From Bdellovibrionota bacterium (GTDB lineage: Bacteria > Bdellovibrionota_C > UBA2361 > JBIKUX01), in NCBI GenBank assembly GCA_044347345.1, contig JBIKUX010000017.1:1-60139 (forward strand): a stretch of 60,139 bases of DNA, written 5' to 3'. Under the pieces are notes generated by a model. It ran no database searches and had not been told where the DNA came from. It saw only the letters and a list, made by a program, of their open reading frames with translations. Positions 48,877 to 57,341 of the stretch are shown in pieces; position 1 is the stretch's first letter; the number at the start of each line of letters is the position of its first letter. Position numbers and translations under genes: made by a program.

Positions 48877-50172
48877 TTATTTGATGAATTTTATTAGATG
48901 GTATTGTTTTTTCCCAACTCTTAGTAGCATAGGCAACATATCTGAATTAGCGTGAGTTAGATTTATGATATTTTTGAGTAAAGCCTGAGTATCTGTAATC
49001 CGGTTGTGGTTAATAGAGAGTCCCCCACTAGAAGCTAATCTCTTTGCTTCGGCTTTAGATGAAGTAAGGCCAACTTTAGTGAAAGCATCTCCAATTGAGA
49101 AATTATCCATTTCTGAGAGTTTAAGCTCACTTTTTGGTATTCCCTCAAGTGCGTTAGAAGAGAGTAGTTCAATCAAAGTATTCGGAGATATTAGAATATT
49201 AGTATACAAAACAGAGTTATTTGATTGCGCCTCAATTTTTATAATTTGACCATGAACTAATTTAACTATTTCTTCTGCTAATTTTCGTTGTGCAATTCGA
49301 GCATCTGGATTTTGCTGACCCTCTTTAACTAATGAAGTAATCTCTTGGATAGTAAGAAACGTGAATATTTTTAGTAATCGCTCCACATCATCGTCAGGTG
49401 TATTTAAGAAAAACTGATATAACTGATAAGGAGAAGTAGCTTGCTCGTTGATGAAGATATTTCCAGACTCGCTTTTGCCAAATTTTACTCCGTTACGATT
49501 AGTCAGTAATGGCACGCTGAGTGCATGAGCATTACCACTAACTTTCTTCCGGATTAGCTCAAGACCTGCTGTGATATTTCCCCATTGGTCAGCTCCTCCA
49601 ATTTGGAGTTTGCAGTCATACTTCTGGTACAAATAGAGGTAATCGTTAGCTTGTAATAACATATAAGAAAATTCGGTGAAGGAAAGACCAGATGTCTCAA
49701 GTCGAGATTTTACCGAGTCTTTTGCTAGCATGTAATTAACAGTTAGGTACTTGCCAACTTCTCTGAGGAATTCAATTAATGTAAGCGGAGCAGTCCAGTC
49801 GCTGTTGTTAACAAACTCAGGTGCAATGTTAAGTCGACTAGATAACTCTTGAATTTTGTTTCTGTGACTAGCAACATTAAGTTCTATCTCTTCGGTAGAG
49901 AGGAGAGGGCGCTCTTGTTTTTTTCCAGATGGGTCACCAACACTGCCGGTGGCTCCGCCCAACAGAAAAATCGGTCGTAATCCAGCTTTAGCTAGATGAA
50001 AAGCCGTTATCAGAGGCACAAGATTACCTATTCCTAGAAATGGTGATGTAGGGTCGATTCCCAGATAAAAACTAGTGCCAATGGGTAAGCAAGAGAGATT
50101 AGAAAGGTCAGTTGAATCTTGAATAAGACCACGAATCCTTAAGTTATCAAGAGTTTCCGGTAAGTTCGTCAT
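48877..50172 (-). CDS. tyrS: Tyrosine-tRNA ligase
   Basis: YLGIDPT, GGATGSVGDPSG, EFSYMLLQAND, QIGGADQWGNI, KFGKS and a C-terminal S4 domain. Start set at ATG 50172. Confidence 0.96.
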   Translation of the reverse strand: MTNLPETLDNLRIRGLIQDSTDLSNLSCLPIGTSFYLGIDPTSPFLGIGNLVPLITAFHLAKAGLRPIFLLGGATGSVGDPSGKKQERPLLSTEEIELNVASHRNKIQELSSRLNIAPEFVNNSDWTAPLTLIEFLREVGKYLTVNYMLAKDSVKSRLETSGLSFTEFSYMLLQANDYLYLYQKYDCKLQIGGADQWGNITAGLELIRKKVSGNAHALSVPLLTNRNGVKFGKSESGNIFINEQATSPYQLYQFFLNTPDDDVERLLKIFTFLTIQEITSLVKEGQQNPDARIAQRKLAEEIVKLVHGQIIKIEAQSNNSVLYTNILISPNTLIELLSSNALEGIPKSELKLSEMDNFSIGDAFTKVGLTSSKAEAKRLASSGGLSINHNRITDTQALLKNIINLTHANSDMLPMLLRVGKKQYHLIKFIK

Positions 50173-50254
50173 GATGATAGGTCTTTTCTTTTCAATTTTT
50201 ACTAAATGTGTTATCGTCCCTTCATTAAAGGTCAGTTTCAATTGAGATGTCAAA

Positions 50255-50488
50255 ATGGCAAAAGCTAATAAAGATACCGTATTTTTGGTATCATCAGTGG
50301 GCAGTGGCTCTAACTACACCTATAGGCGTAATAAAAAGAAGATGAAAGGAGAGAAGAAGCTATCTCTTAAAAAATATGATCCTCGTATTCGCAAACATGT
50401 TGTGTTTGGCGAGAAAAAACTTTCGAAGCTCAAAAAGAAATTCAACGCTGAAAAGCTTTTAGTGAGTGATAACGCTGGTAACTCCTAG
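50255..50488 (+). CDS. rpmG: 50S ribosomal protein L33 (Zn-free type) with C-terminal extension
   Basis: LVSSVGSG...Y...KNKK-like, KLSLKKYDPRIRKHVVFGEKK. Confidence 0.88.
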   Translation: MAKANKDTVFLVSSVGSGSNYTYRRNKKKMKGEKKLSLKKYDPRIRKHVVFGEKKLSKLKKKFNAEKLLVSDNAGNS

Positions 50489-50609
50489 TATTTAAATTTT
50501 CTACTAGCAATGCTAACGGTACACTGTTTTTCTGAGACTAGCCTAAGTTAAGATTAAAAAGATTGGTAGCACTTCTACCACCAAGCTACCAAACAGTCTT
50601 TGATACGAG

Positions 50610-52826
50610 TTGTTTATACAAATGCGCAGGGGTTCTAATCTTAACAGTGATCCTCGTTTTTACAGTGACTCTCTTTCTAAGAGTGATGGTAAAGCTCAAA
50701 AAAGGAAAGGTTTATCAAAGCAAAGGTCTTCTGTGTCTCTTTTTTCTGTTGAAGTGCCATCAGAGGCTCACGACTCATGCGTCCCCACGTCAGGGGCACA
50801 TCAAAACACTCAGGTAGCCTCGGTAGCTTCTGAGAAGAATAATGTCGACCACGATTTTAAGGCTACTATTACTATCCCTGTATTTAGCTCACAGTTTGCA
50901 GGACTAATTTCTCTTGGTATCTTGGTGCTATGCTTTATCTTTGAAACATTGAGTCAAGTTAGGGGATCTAGTGCTAATCTAACGGAAGTCTTATTTCTTA
51001 GCCGAAGTTTTTGGGCCTACGGTTATTTAGTTTGCGCTTTGATTGCTGCGATTCCATTAACTGCTGGTCTCTTTCGAGTTATTGCAAACGAGCTGTGCAA
51101 TCGAATGATAACTGCAAATACATCTCTTGGTATTGCAGTTATTGGAGTCTTAACTGATGCAAGCTTGAGAGGAATTTTTAGGCCCGAAGAGTTTGTCTCC
51201 AGCTCCTTTTTGACCCTTCCCCTTATTGTGATAAGTGGTAGTGCGGTAGTGAGAGCAGCGCTTTTGATGGCATTAAAACAGGTGCGACTTAGATCCCAAT
51301 TATCTTCGCAAGAGTCTCGCTTAGCCAGAAAATTTGTTACTTACGGAGAAAATACTGTTAAATACTTAATGGTTGACAGTGAAGATTGTGCTGAAGGAGA
51401 TGTGGTAGAGGTAAGGAGTGGAGAAGTCGTCCCCGCAACAGGGGTTGTTCTGGATGGGGCGGTTCAGATTAGGGAGCCACGAACAGGGAGAATTATAAGA
51501 TGTGTTCGTGGAATGGTCATTGAGAGCGGTAGTACTATAGGGGGCTCTCATGATCGAGTGGTTTTGTCTGTTCTTCCTGATGACGACCTATCTCCCTTGA
51601 GCTACTTTCGGTCTGTGAGCGAAGCAGGCATGAAAGTTGGTTCTCCTGTTGATGCGTCATACTATTGGGCTAGTGTGACGGCGGTTAGTGTTATTCTTTG
51701 TTTCGCTGTTTCAGCTAGTGTGGCTTCTTGGTGGGGTGTTTTTCCTGCGAGTGTAGCTTTTTTAGTTCCTTTACTAGTGCCGTTGCCTTTTTTTCTGCAT
51801 TTAAGTATGTCGTTTCGCCGTGTTTCAATTGCATCGCTATGTAAGCGTGGGGTTGTTATCGCTGACGAAGATGCTCTCGAAAGGGTTCGAGACGCTACAG
51901 CTATTGTTTTCGATTACTCTTTACCTCCCAAACAAGTTCTTCCAGTTGTTTGCTCTGTTACCTTTCTAGACGATAGGTTTGAGGAAGGTATTGTTCTGGC
52001 TATGGTAAAATTATTGCTTCAAAGAGCCCGTGATACCACTACATCGAGTGTGCAAGGTATACTTAGTTATCTTGAGGCTTTGCCAAATATTCAACCTTTT
52101 TCAGCCGTAATAGATGATTTCATCCTCGAAAAGGGCAAGGGCATAGCCGCAACAATTGGCCAAGTTAATGTATCGGTAGGCACTGAGGAATTCCTAATTA
52201 GTAAAGACGTTTTAATGGCACCTAATGATTTAGGAATACTCTCTGATCAATCAGAATTGTTATTTGTCGCTGTAGCTGGAACTGTAGTTGTTCGGTTTGA
52301 AGTAAAGAAGAGAGTATTATTTGAAGATTGTAATTTGCAAAATAAGTTTGCCTCTGAGCGACTCAGTGCTTGGATGTTCTCTTCTGACCGCCAGAATGTT
52401 TTAGACGATTGGGGTAAAAGAGCTGGTTTCGACCTGGCTCACATTATGGGTGAGCAAGCAGTAGCTAGCTACAAAGAGAGTTTGTTACGATTAGCTCCAG
52501 CAATATTTTATGCGGATTACAAACATCAATGTCTAGATGCGGCATTAGTAACCGTAAGTTCATTTAGTCGTCGATTATGGGATGCTACTCGTACCGATAT
52601 CACTTTATTTGGTGATGAAACAGCTCTTTTAATTGAGCTTATTAAGCAGTCCAGGCTAGTCCACAGACTTAAGATACTAGCATCCGTAGTTGGTGGGCTC
52701 ATATCGGCTCTCTTGGTATTATTCCTTGCTCAGCCTACTAATATACTTTTGGTGTTACTTCCCGTCGCAGTCGCTGTTACGATCGTGGGTGGTACTTATG
52801 TTCTCCTAAGATCTATTCCTTTATAG
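50610..52826 (+). CDS. Degenerate heavy-metal (P1B)-type ATPase-like membrane protein
   Basis: GDVVEVRSGEVVPATGVVLDG, RGVVIADEDALERV, IVFD and GKGI follow the P1B layout. DKTGT, TGE, CPx and GDGxND are absent. Start may be ATG 50622. Confidence 0.7.
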   Translation: MFIQMRRGSNLNSDPRFYSDSLSKSDGKAQKRKGLSKQRSSVSLFSVEVPSEAHDSCVPTSGAHQNTQVASVASEKNNVDHDFKATITIPVFSSQFAGLISLGILVLCFIFETLSQVRGSSANLTEVLFLSRSFWAYGYLVCALIAAIPLTAGLFRVIANELCNRMITANTSLGIAVIGVLTDASLRGIFRPEEFVSSSFLTLPLIVISGSAVVRAALLMALKQVRLRSQLSSQESRLARKFVTYGENTVKYLMVDSEDCAEGDVVEVRSGEVVPATGVVLDGAVQIREPRTGRIIRCVRGMVIESGSTIGGSHDRVVLSVLPDDDLSPLSYFRSVSEAGMKVGSPVDASYYWASVTAVSVILCFAVSASVASWWGVFPASVAFLVPLLVPLPFFLHLSMSFRRVSIASLCKRGVVIADEDALERVRDATAIVFDYSLPPKQVLPVVCSVTFLDDRFEEGIVLAMVKLLLQRARDTTTSSVQGILSYLEALPNIQPFSAVIDDFILEKGKGIAATIGQVNVSVGTEEFLISKDVLMAPNDLGILSDQSELLFVAVAGTVVVRFEVKKRVLFEDCNLQNKFASERLSAWMFSSDRQNVLDDWGKRAGFDLAHIMGEQAVASYKESLLRLAPAIFYADYKHQCLDAALVTVSSFSRRLWDATRTDITLFGDETALLIELIKQSRLVHRLKILASVVGGLISALLVLFLAQPTNILLVLLPVAVAVTIVGGTYVLLRSIPL

Positions 52827-52995
52827 ATCAATCTAAAATTGATAGTTTAGGTCTAAAAAAGTTAGCCCACAACATCATCTTAGTAGCATCATAAAATTAA
52901 CGTTACGCATCGCAATAGTATCGGGCTAAAAAGTATCGAAGATTTTGTAGCGTAGCAAAAATATATAAGTACGACTGAACAGGAGGTAACAAAGT

Positions 52996-53352
52996 ATGTC
53001 TGAGGTGGGTGCAGTCGATATATTTGAAACAGATAGACTTCTAGAGATGACAACCTTTGTTGAAGAAGTCACAGAGTTCGAGCGAGGCTATGCTCGAGGA
53101 CCAGAGCGAGAGCTTCTTTCAGCGCTTCTTTTTGATGGTATTCAGTCTTATCTAAACTATGCCAACTCGCGAGGCTCTGAATCTCGATCACGTTTTCGTG
53201 AAGCTTATGCCTGGATTCATAAAAAGAATGATAACTATGTATTTTCTTTTGAAAGTGTTTGCGAGGCACTGGGTATTGATCCAGATTATTTGAGAGTAGG
53301 ATTAGCAAATGTTGAAGTTTCCGATCTGCTTAGAGGTAAAAGACGAAATTGA
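52996..53352 (+). CDS. Hypothetical protein (PExxLLxAxL...SFxxxCEALxxD family), paralog of 56450-56812
   Basis: AGGAGG RBS at 52981-86. Shares its motif pattern with the 56450-56812 product. Confidence 0.8.
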   Translation: MSEVGAVDIFETDRLLEMTTFVEEVTEFERGYARGPERELLSALLFDGIQSYLNYANSRGSESRSRFREAYAWIHKKNDNYVFSFESVCEALGIDPDYLRVGLANVEVSDLLRGKRRN

Positions 53353-53385
53353 AGCTTTAAGATGTGTACGCTTAATTTTAAGTGA

Positions 53386-53583
53386 TTAATCGAGATTATC
53401 ATCAATCTGTAAAGAGTCTGGTATATAATATTGGCCAGATAGCCAGCTCCACAGGTCTTTTGATTTACACTGTTCGCTACAAAAAGGTGAATAGGAAAGA
53501 TTATCCTGATTAAGCGAAAAAACTGTGCCACACTCAGGGCATTTTTTACTGTTTGCCGTATTGTCGGACTGATCGTTTTCCAT
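53386..53583 (-). CDS. yacG: DNA gyrase inhibitor YacG
   Basis: CPEC, PFCSEQCKSKDLWSWLSGQYYIP. Start set at ATG 53583. Confidence 0.9.
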   Translation of the reverse strand: MENDQSDNTANSKKCPECGTVFSLNQDNLSYSPFCSEQCKSKDLWSWLSGQYYIPDSLQIDDNLD

Positions 53584-53636
53584 ACTGGTTGTCGGCAAGC
53601 TAACTGATTGCTCTTATGTGTGGTAAGATTTGCTGT

Positions 53637-55400
53637 TCATTTATCACTATCTCTGTTTTGGGGAGGGGTGCCATCTCTTTTTAAAAAGTCTAAAACCTCC
53701 TCTAGGGATTGGGTAAATTGGTCTTCACTTCCGTATGAACGACGAGTTACTGAATTACCTTCAACTTCTTTGTTACCAATAACAAGTAAATGTGGAATTT
53801 TTGCTGTTACTCCTTCTCTGATACGCTTATTAAACGAGTGAGCAGTCTCATCTATTTCTACTCTTACTCCACCAGATCGCAAAAGACTGGCTACCTTGCT
53901 AGCATAGTCAAGAACTTCTTTTCGCACCGGTATAATTTTTACTTGTACTGGAGCTAGCCAAGTTGGAAATGCTCCTCCTAAATGCTCTACTAGTAATGCA
54001 AAAAATCTTTCAATTGATCCTAATAAAGCTCTATGAACCATGTACGGGCGGTGATGGGCACCATCTTCACCGATATAACTAAGATTAAAACGCTCCGGAA
54101 GATTAAAATCAAATTGAATAGTGCTTAGTTGCCACTCTCTTTTGAGGGCATCTTTGACGCAAACGTCAATTTTTGGTCCATAAAAAGCACCGTCTCCCTC
54201 TTTGATAGAATATGTAACACCACTTTTATCTAAAGCACGGGTGAGTGCTTCTTCAGCCGCATTCCATTTATCCTCTTCGCCTACGCGTTTTGCCGGACGA
54301 GTACTTAAGTAAATATGAAAGTCTGAAAATGAGAAGTCACGTAAAACACTTAAACTAAATTTTAGAGTTCTGTCTATCTCCTCAGGCATCTGGTCTGAAC
54401 GACAAAAAAGATGAGCATCATCTTGAGTAAAACCACGCACACGAGTAAGGCCGTGAAGAGTACCGCTACGCTCGAAGCGATAAACTGTACCCCATTCCGC
54501 AAATCGTAAGGGAAGTTCTTTGTAAGAATGGAGAGTATTTTTGTAAATGTGACAGTGGAACGGGCAATTCATTGGTTTGAGATAAAACTCTTGACCTTCA
54601 ATCTCGATTGGAGCAAACATGCCGTCTTTGTAAAATTCTAGATGCCCGCTTGTTTGCCATAGCGAAGACCTACCAATGTGAGGTGAATATACGAAAGAAT
54701 AGCCATTCTCTAGGTGTCTTCGTTTTAGATGTTCTTCCATTAAATGACGGATTAGGCCAGCTTTTGGATGCCAGAGTACCAGTCCCGCACCTATCTCTTC
54801 GTGCTGAATACTAAATAATTCAAGCTCACGTCCTAATTTGCGATGATCTCTCGTTTCCGCTAGACTCCGTTGAGCTAAATACTCATCCAGTTCAAGTTTG
54901 TTAGAGAAAGCTAAGCAGTATATTCTGGTAAGCTGGGGGAGTTTTTCATCTCCTCGCCAATATGCACCTGCTAATGAATCAATTCTAAAAGCGTCATCAG
55001 GTATTTCTCCTGTGTGATTGATGTGAGGCCCTGCGCACATATCTTCAAAGGGGCCATTTTGATAAAATCCTATCGAATCAACACCTTTTTCTAGGAGTTC
55101 CTCACAATACTCTACCTTAAACCCTTGGTTAATCGACTTGAGGTGACTAATCGCCTCTGTTGGAGTTAATGATCTGAATGTAAAGGGTTGGCTTTCTTTG
55201 ATAATTCTCTTCATTTCCAGTTCAATAGCTGGAAAATCACTTAATGTTAGAGGCTCCTCAAAAAGAAAATCATAATAACATCCAGTTTCGATCGGAGGAC
55301 CGAAAGCCAATTTAGCATTTGGCCGCAGTGTAAGAACCGCCTGAGCAAGTATATGAGCTAATGAGTGCCGAATAGAATATATTTGTGAATTAATCTCCAT
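53637..55400 (-). CDS. thrS: Threonine-tRNA ligase, short form lacking the N-terminal TGS domain
   Basis: RHSLAHILA, DMCAGPH, GAYWRGD, RDHRKLG, KPMNCP, RVRGFTQDDAH, HRALLGSIERF. Confidence 0.96.
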   Translation of the reverse strand: MEINSQIYSIRHSLAHILAQAVLTLRPNAKLAFGPPIETGCYYDFLFEEPLTLSDFPAIELEMKRIIKESQPFTFRSLTPTEAISHLKSINQGFKVEYCEELLEKGVDSIGFYQNGPFEDMCAGPHINHTGEIPDDAFRIDSLAGAYWRGDEKLPQLTRIYCLAFSNKLELDEYLAQRSLAETRDHRKLGRELELFSIQHEEIGAGLVLWHPKAGLIRHLMEEHLKRRHLENGYSFVYSPHIGRSSLWQTSGHLEFYKDGMFAPIEIEGQEFYLKPMNCPFHCHIYKNTLHSYKELPLRFAEWGTVYRFERSGTLHGLTRVRGFTQDDAHLFCRSDQMPEEIDRTLKFSLSVLRDFSFSDFHIYLSTRPAKRVGEEDKWNAAEEALTRALDKSGVTYSIKEGDGAFYGPKIDVCVKDALKREWQLSTIQFDFNLPERFNLSYIGEDGAHHRPYMVHRALLGSIERFFALLVEHLGGAFPTWLAPVQVKIIPVRKEVLDYASKVASLLRSGGVRVEIDETAHSFNKRIREGVTAKIPHLLVIGNKEVEGNSVTRRSYGSEDQFTQSLEEVLDFLKRDGTPPQNRDSDK

Positions 55401-55426
55401 ATCTTGTGTGTATCACAACACAAGAT
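55401..55426 (-). promoter_or_regulatory. Stem-loop abutting the thrS start codon
   Basis: mRNA AUCUUGUGU-UGUGAUAC-ACACAAGAU (9-bp stem) directly followed by AUG. Confidence 0.5.
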
Positions 55427-55459
55427 AAATGAAAATCACACTCATTGAGTCAGTATTTA

Positions 55460-55729
55460 TCACTTAGCTTGGTGAGATTGAATCTTTACTTCTACAGAAC
55501 CGAAGATTTCTTCAACAAAAAGACTTAGTTGCTGCATTACAGGCTCTTTTTGAAAATACTGTGCGTCGATGTGATCCATTGGTTCAATGAATAAAGTATC
55601 TTCTTCGAGATGATAACTATTAACACGGCGCAATTTGTCTAAAAGGCCGAGCTGAAGTTTGTCGTCAAGTATTTGTAGTAATTTATCCCACTGATCTGGA
55701 CAATTTCCCTTACTATTTGAGGTTTCCAT
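55460..55729 (-). CDS. Small hypothetical protein, DnaA N-terminal-domain-like
   Basis: WDKLLQIL...LEEDTLFIEP...EEIFGSVEVKI resembles the DnaA domain I pattern. GGGGG RBS-like sequence upstream. Confidence 0.55.
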   Translation of the reverse strand: METSNSKGNCPDQWDKLLQILDDKLQLGLLDKLRRVNSYHLEEDTLFIEPMDHIDAQYFQKEPVMQQLSLFVEEIFGSVEVKIQSHQAK

Positions 55730-56286
55730 CGTAGTGCTACCCCCTAAATTATAACTTGTTTGCTTAACACCAATTAATTGTATATATCGTCGTCACCTTC
55801 TACTACCCAGTATACATGAAAACTCTTATCACTTCGTAGCAACACTTCGTCAACTACCATTTATTTTTGGTAAAAAATCGGTACTGGAGATATCCAATTA
55901 TTTATTTAAAAATTAAAGCAGTATTTTCATATCGTTGATTATTGAAGAGGAGACAGACATCACTAAGAATTTTTCAACTGACGCATCTTACAAAATAGGG
56001 AGTCCAGTAATCTTGCAAATACTATTTTTATCCATCCAAGCCGCAAGAAGATTTTACGCTATATGTAATCTCTTGTTTAAATTGGTTGTATTTATTTCTA
56101 TAATTAAGAGGTAAAAAGACGCATAGAGCTAAAGTAAAAAAATGTACTGAGGTGTTTCTTCCTATATCTTTATAATTTCTATACCTTTATCAGCTCTGTT
56201 ACTTTTTTAACTATTCCGCTACGTTACCCCACGAAGAGCAATTATAGCTAAGTTGCCTCCTTATAATGAGCAGGATATTAATCGTA

Positions 56287-56391
56287 ATTTAGTCGATGCT
56301 GGATTTAGTCGATGCTGACAAGAGGAGCGGCATTGTGGTCATGCGCGAAAACTACATAACCACAATGCTACATAACCACAAAGCTACATAA
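56287..56391. repeat. Cluster of 16-bp-period direct repeats with an embedded inverted repeat
   Basis: atttagtcgatgctg x2 (56287, 56303). ctacataaccacaa x2 plus a partial copy (56352, 56368, 56384). gcattgtggtcatg (56330-43) pairs with cataaccacaatgc (56355-68). Confidence 0.8.
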
Positions 56392-56449
56392 AGTTACTTT
56401 ACCGTAAGGTTATTATTAAGCGCATCGTTCTAAAAATTAATGGTAAACT

Positions 56450-56812
56450 CTATACAGCAGCAGCTTGAGCCGAAAATTTTTCAGTTAAATTAAAAATGGG
56501 AATATTGTTACCATTAAATTTGGCACCGCTTTGTGCTCCTTTTTCACCTGCTACTGCCACGACGTTGGAATGAGCAATTATCGCTCTCCTTAGCCCATCC
56601 GAATCCAGATCAAGTGCTTCACATATAAAAAGAAAAGAGATAGGCGAATCGCTATCTTCATTTTCAAGAATCCATAGTCTAGCACTTTCTTTTAATTCAC
56701 CATCACCGGTTAAATAATCGGTAATAGCACGTTGCAATACTGCGGCTAAAAGACGCTTCTCCGGTACAAAAGTGGACGCTGGAGGCTCATCGGAATTAGA
56801 CCAAGAATTCAT
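56450..56812 (-). CDS. Hypothetical protein, paralog of 52996-53352
   Basis: PEKRLLAAVL...YL...ARLWI...ISFLFICEALDLD. Confidence 0.8.
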   Translation of the reverse strand: MNSWSNSDEPPASTFVPEKRLLAAVLQRAITDYLTGDGELKESARLWILENEDSDSPISFLFICEALDLDSDGLRRAIIAHSNVVAVAGEKGAQSGAKFNGNNIPIFNLTEKFSAQAAAV

Positions 56813-57060
56813 AAGAACACCTTCTTAAACTACCTTTACTACTTACCCTTACAATTATTAATACGATTTAAGTGACTTTTTTAACTCCTTAACTTAGGAG
56901 AGTCTTTTAAAAACCACTTAAAGTTGTACTACTTTATTTACTACTTACTTTTCTTCTCTAATATAGCTAAAGCTACAATTAATTATGCTGAAATGATCGT
57001 GTGCAACCTCTAATTACTCCCTTAAAAAACGGCATCTCTAAAAGCCACACGCTGCGATCA

Positions 57061-57104
57061 ATTTCTTACTACTGACCAACATATTTCTTACTTCTGACCG
57101 ACAT
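57061..57104. repeat. Two 22-bp tandem direct repeats
   Basis: atttcttactactgaccaacat / atttcttacttctgaccgacat, two mismatches. Confidence 0.8.
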
Positions 57105-57300
57105 CTTCGACGGGAGCCAGAACCTACCTGAACCCTGTCTGCTCAGTCAACAAAAAAATGCATTTTACAGATTAATTTTTTTATGGTTGAGCTTATTTTT
57201 TTCTTGATTTTTTCTTCTTTTTCTAATTGTCTACTTCAGAAAAAAATATTGCCTCAACAAAGAGGTCGAGATGGTATGAAGAACGCCAAGTAGATGCAAG

Positions 57301-57336
57301 AAAAAAATGACCGGTCTCAAAAAAATTTTTGAGACC
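57301..57336 (-). terminator. Inverted repeat, possible terminator of the 57342-58484 gene
   Basis: GGTCTCAAAAA-AA-TTTTTGAGACC (57313-57336), 5 bp after the stop. A T-run follows on the minus strand. Confidence 0.45.
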
Positions 57337-57341
57337 CATGA

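Noticed and set aside
50173-50253. 27-aa N-terminal extension of TyrRS in the ORF track
   Set aside because: It would leave 1 bp before the divergent rpmG. Homology begins near ATG 50172.
50563-50817. 84-aa ORF overlapping the start of the ATPase-like gene
   Set aside because: It has a TTG start, lies out of frame within a longer ORF and has no recognisable motif.
56287-57104. Repeats as a CRISPR array
   Set aside because: The units are 14-22 bp, directly tandem, with no unique spacers and no cas genes.
57105-57195. 6S RNA-like words (GGGAGCC, CCTGAACC) and an imperfect inverted repeat
   Set aside because: The long 6S rod with central bubble could not be built by eye, and the word order does not fit.
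55730-57341. Possible replication origin
   Set aside because: The region is AT-rich but has only mismatched DnaA-box-like words, and no dnaA, dnaN or gidA is nearby. A GC-skew analysis would be needed.
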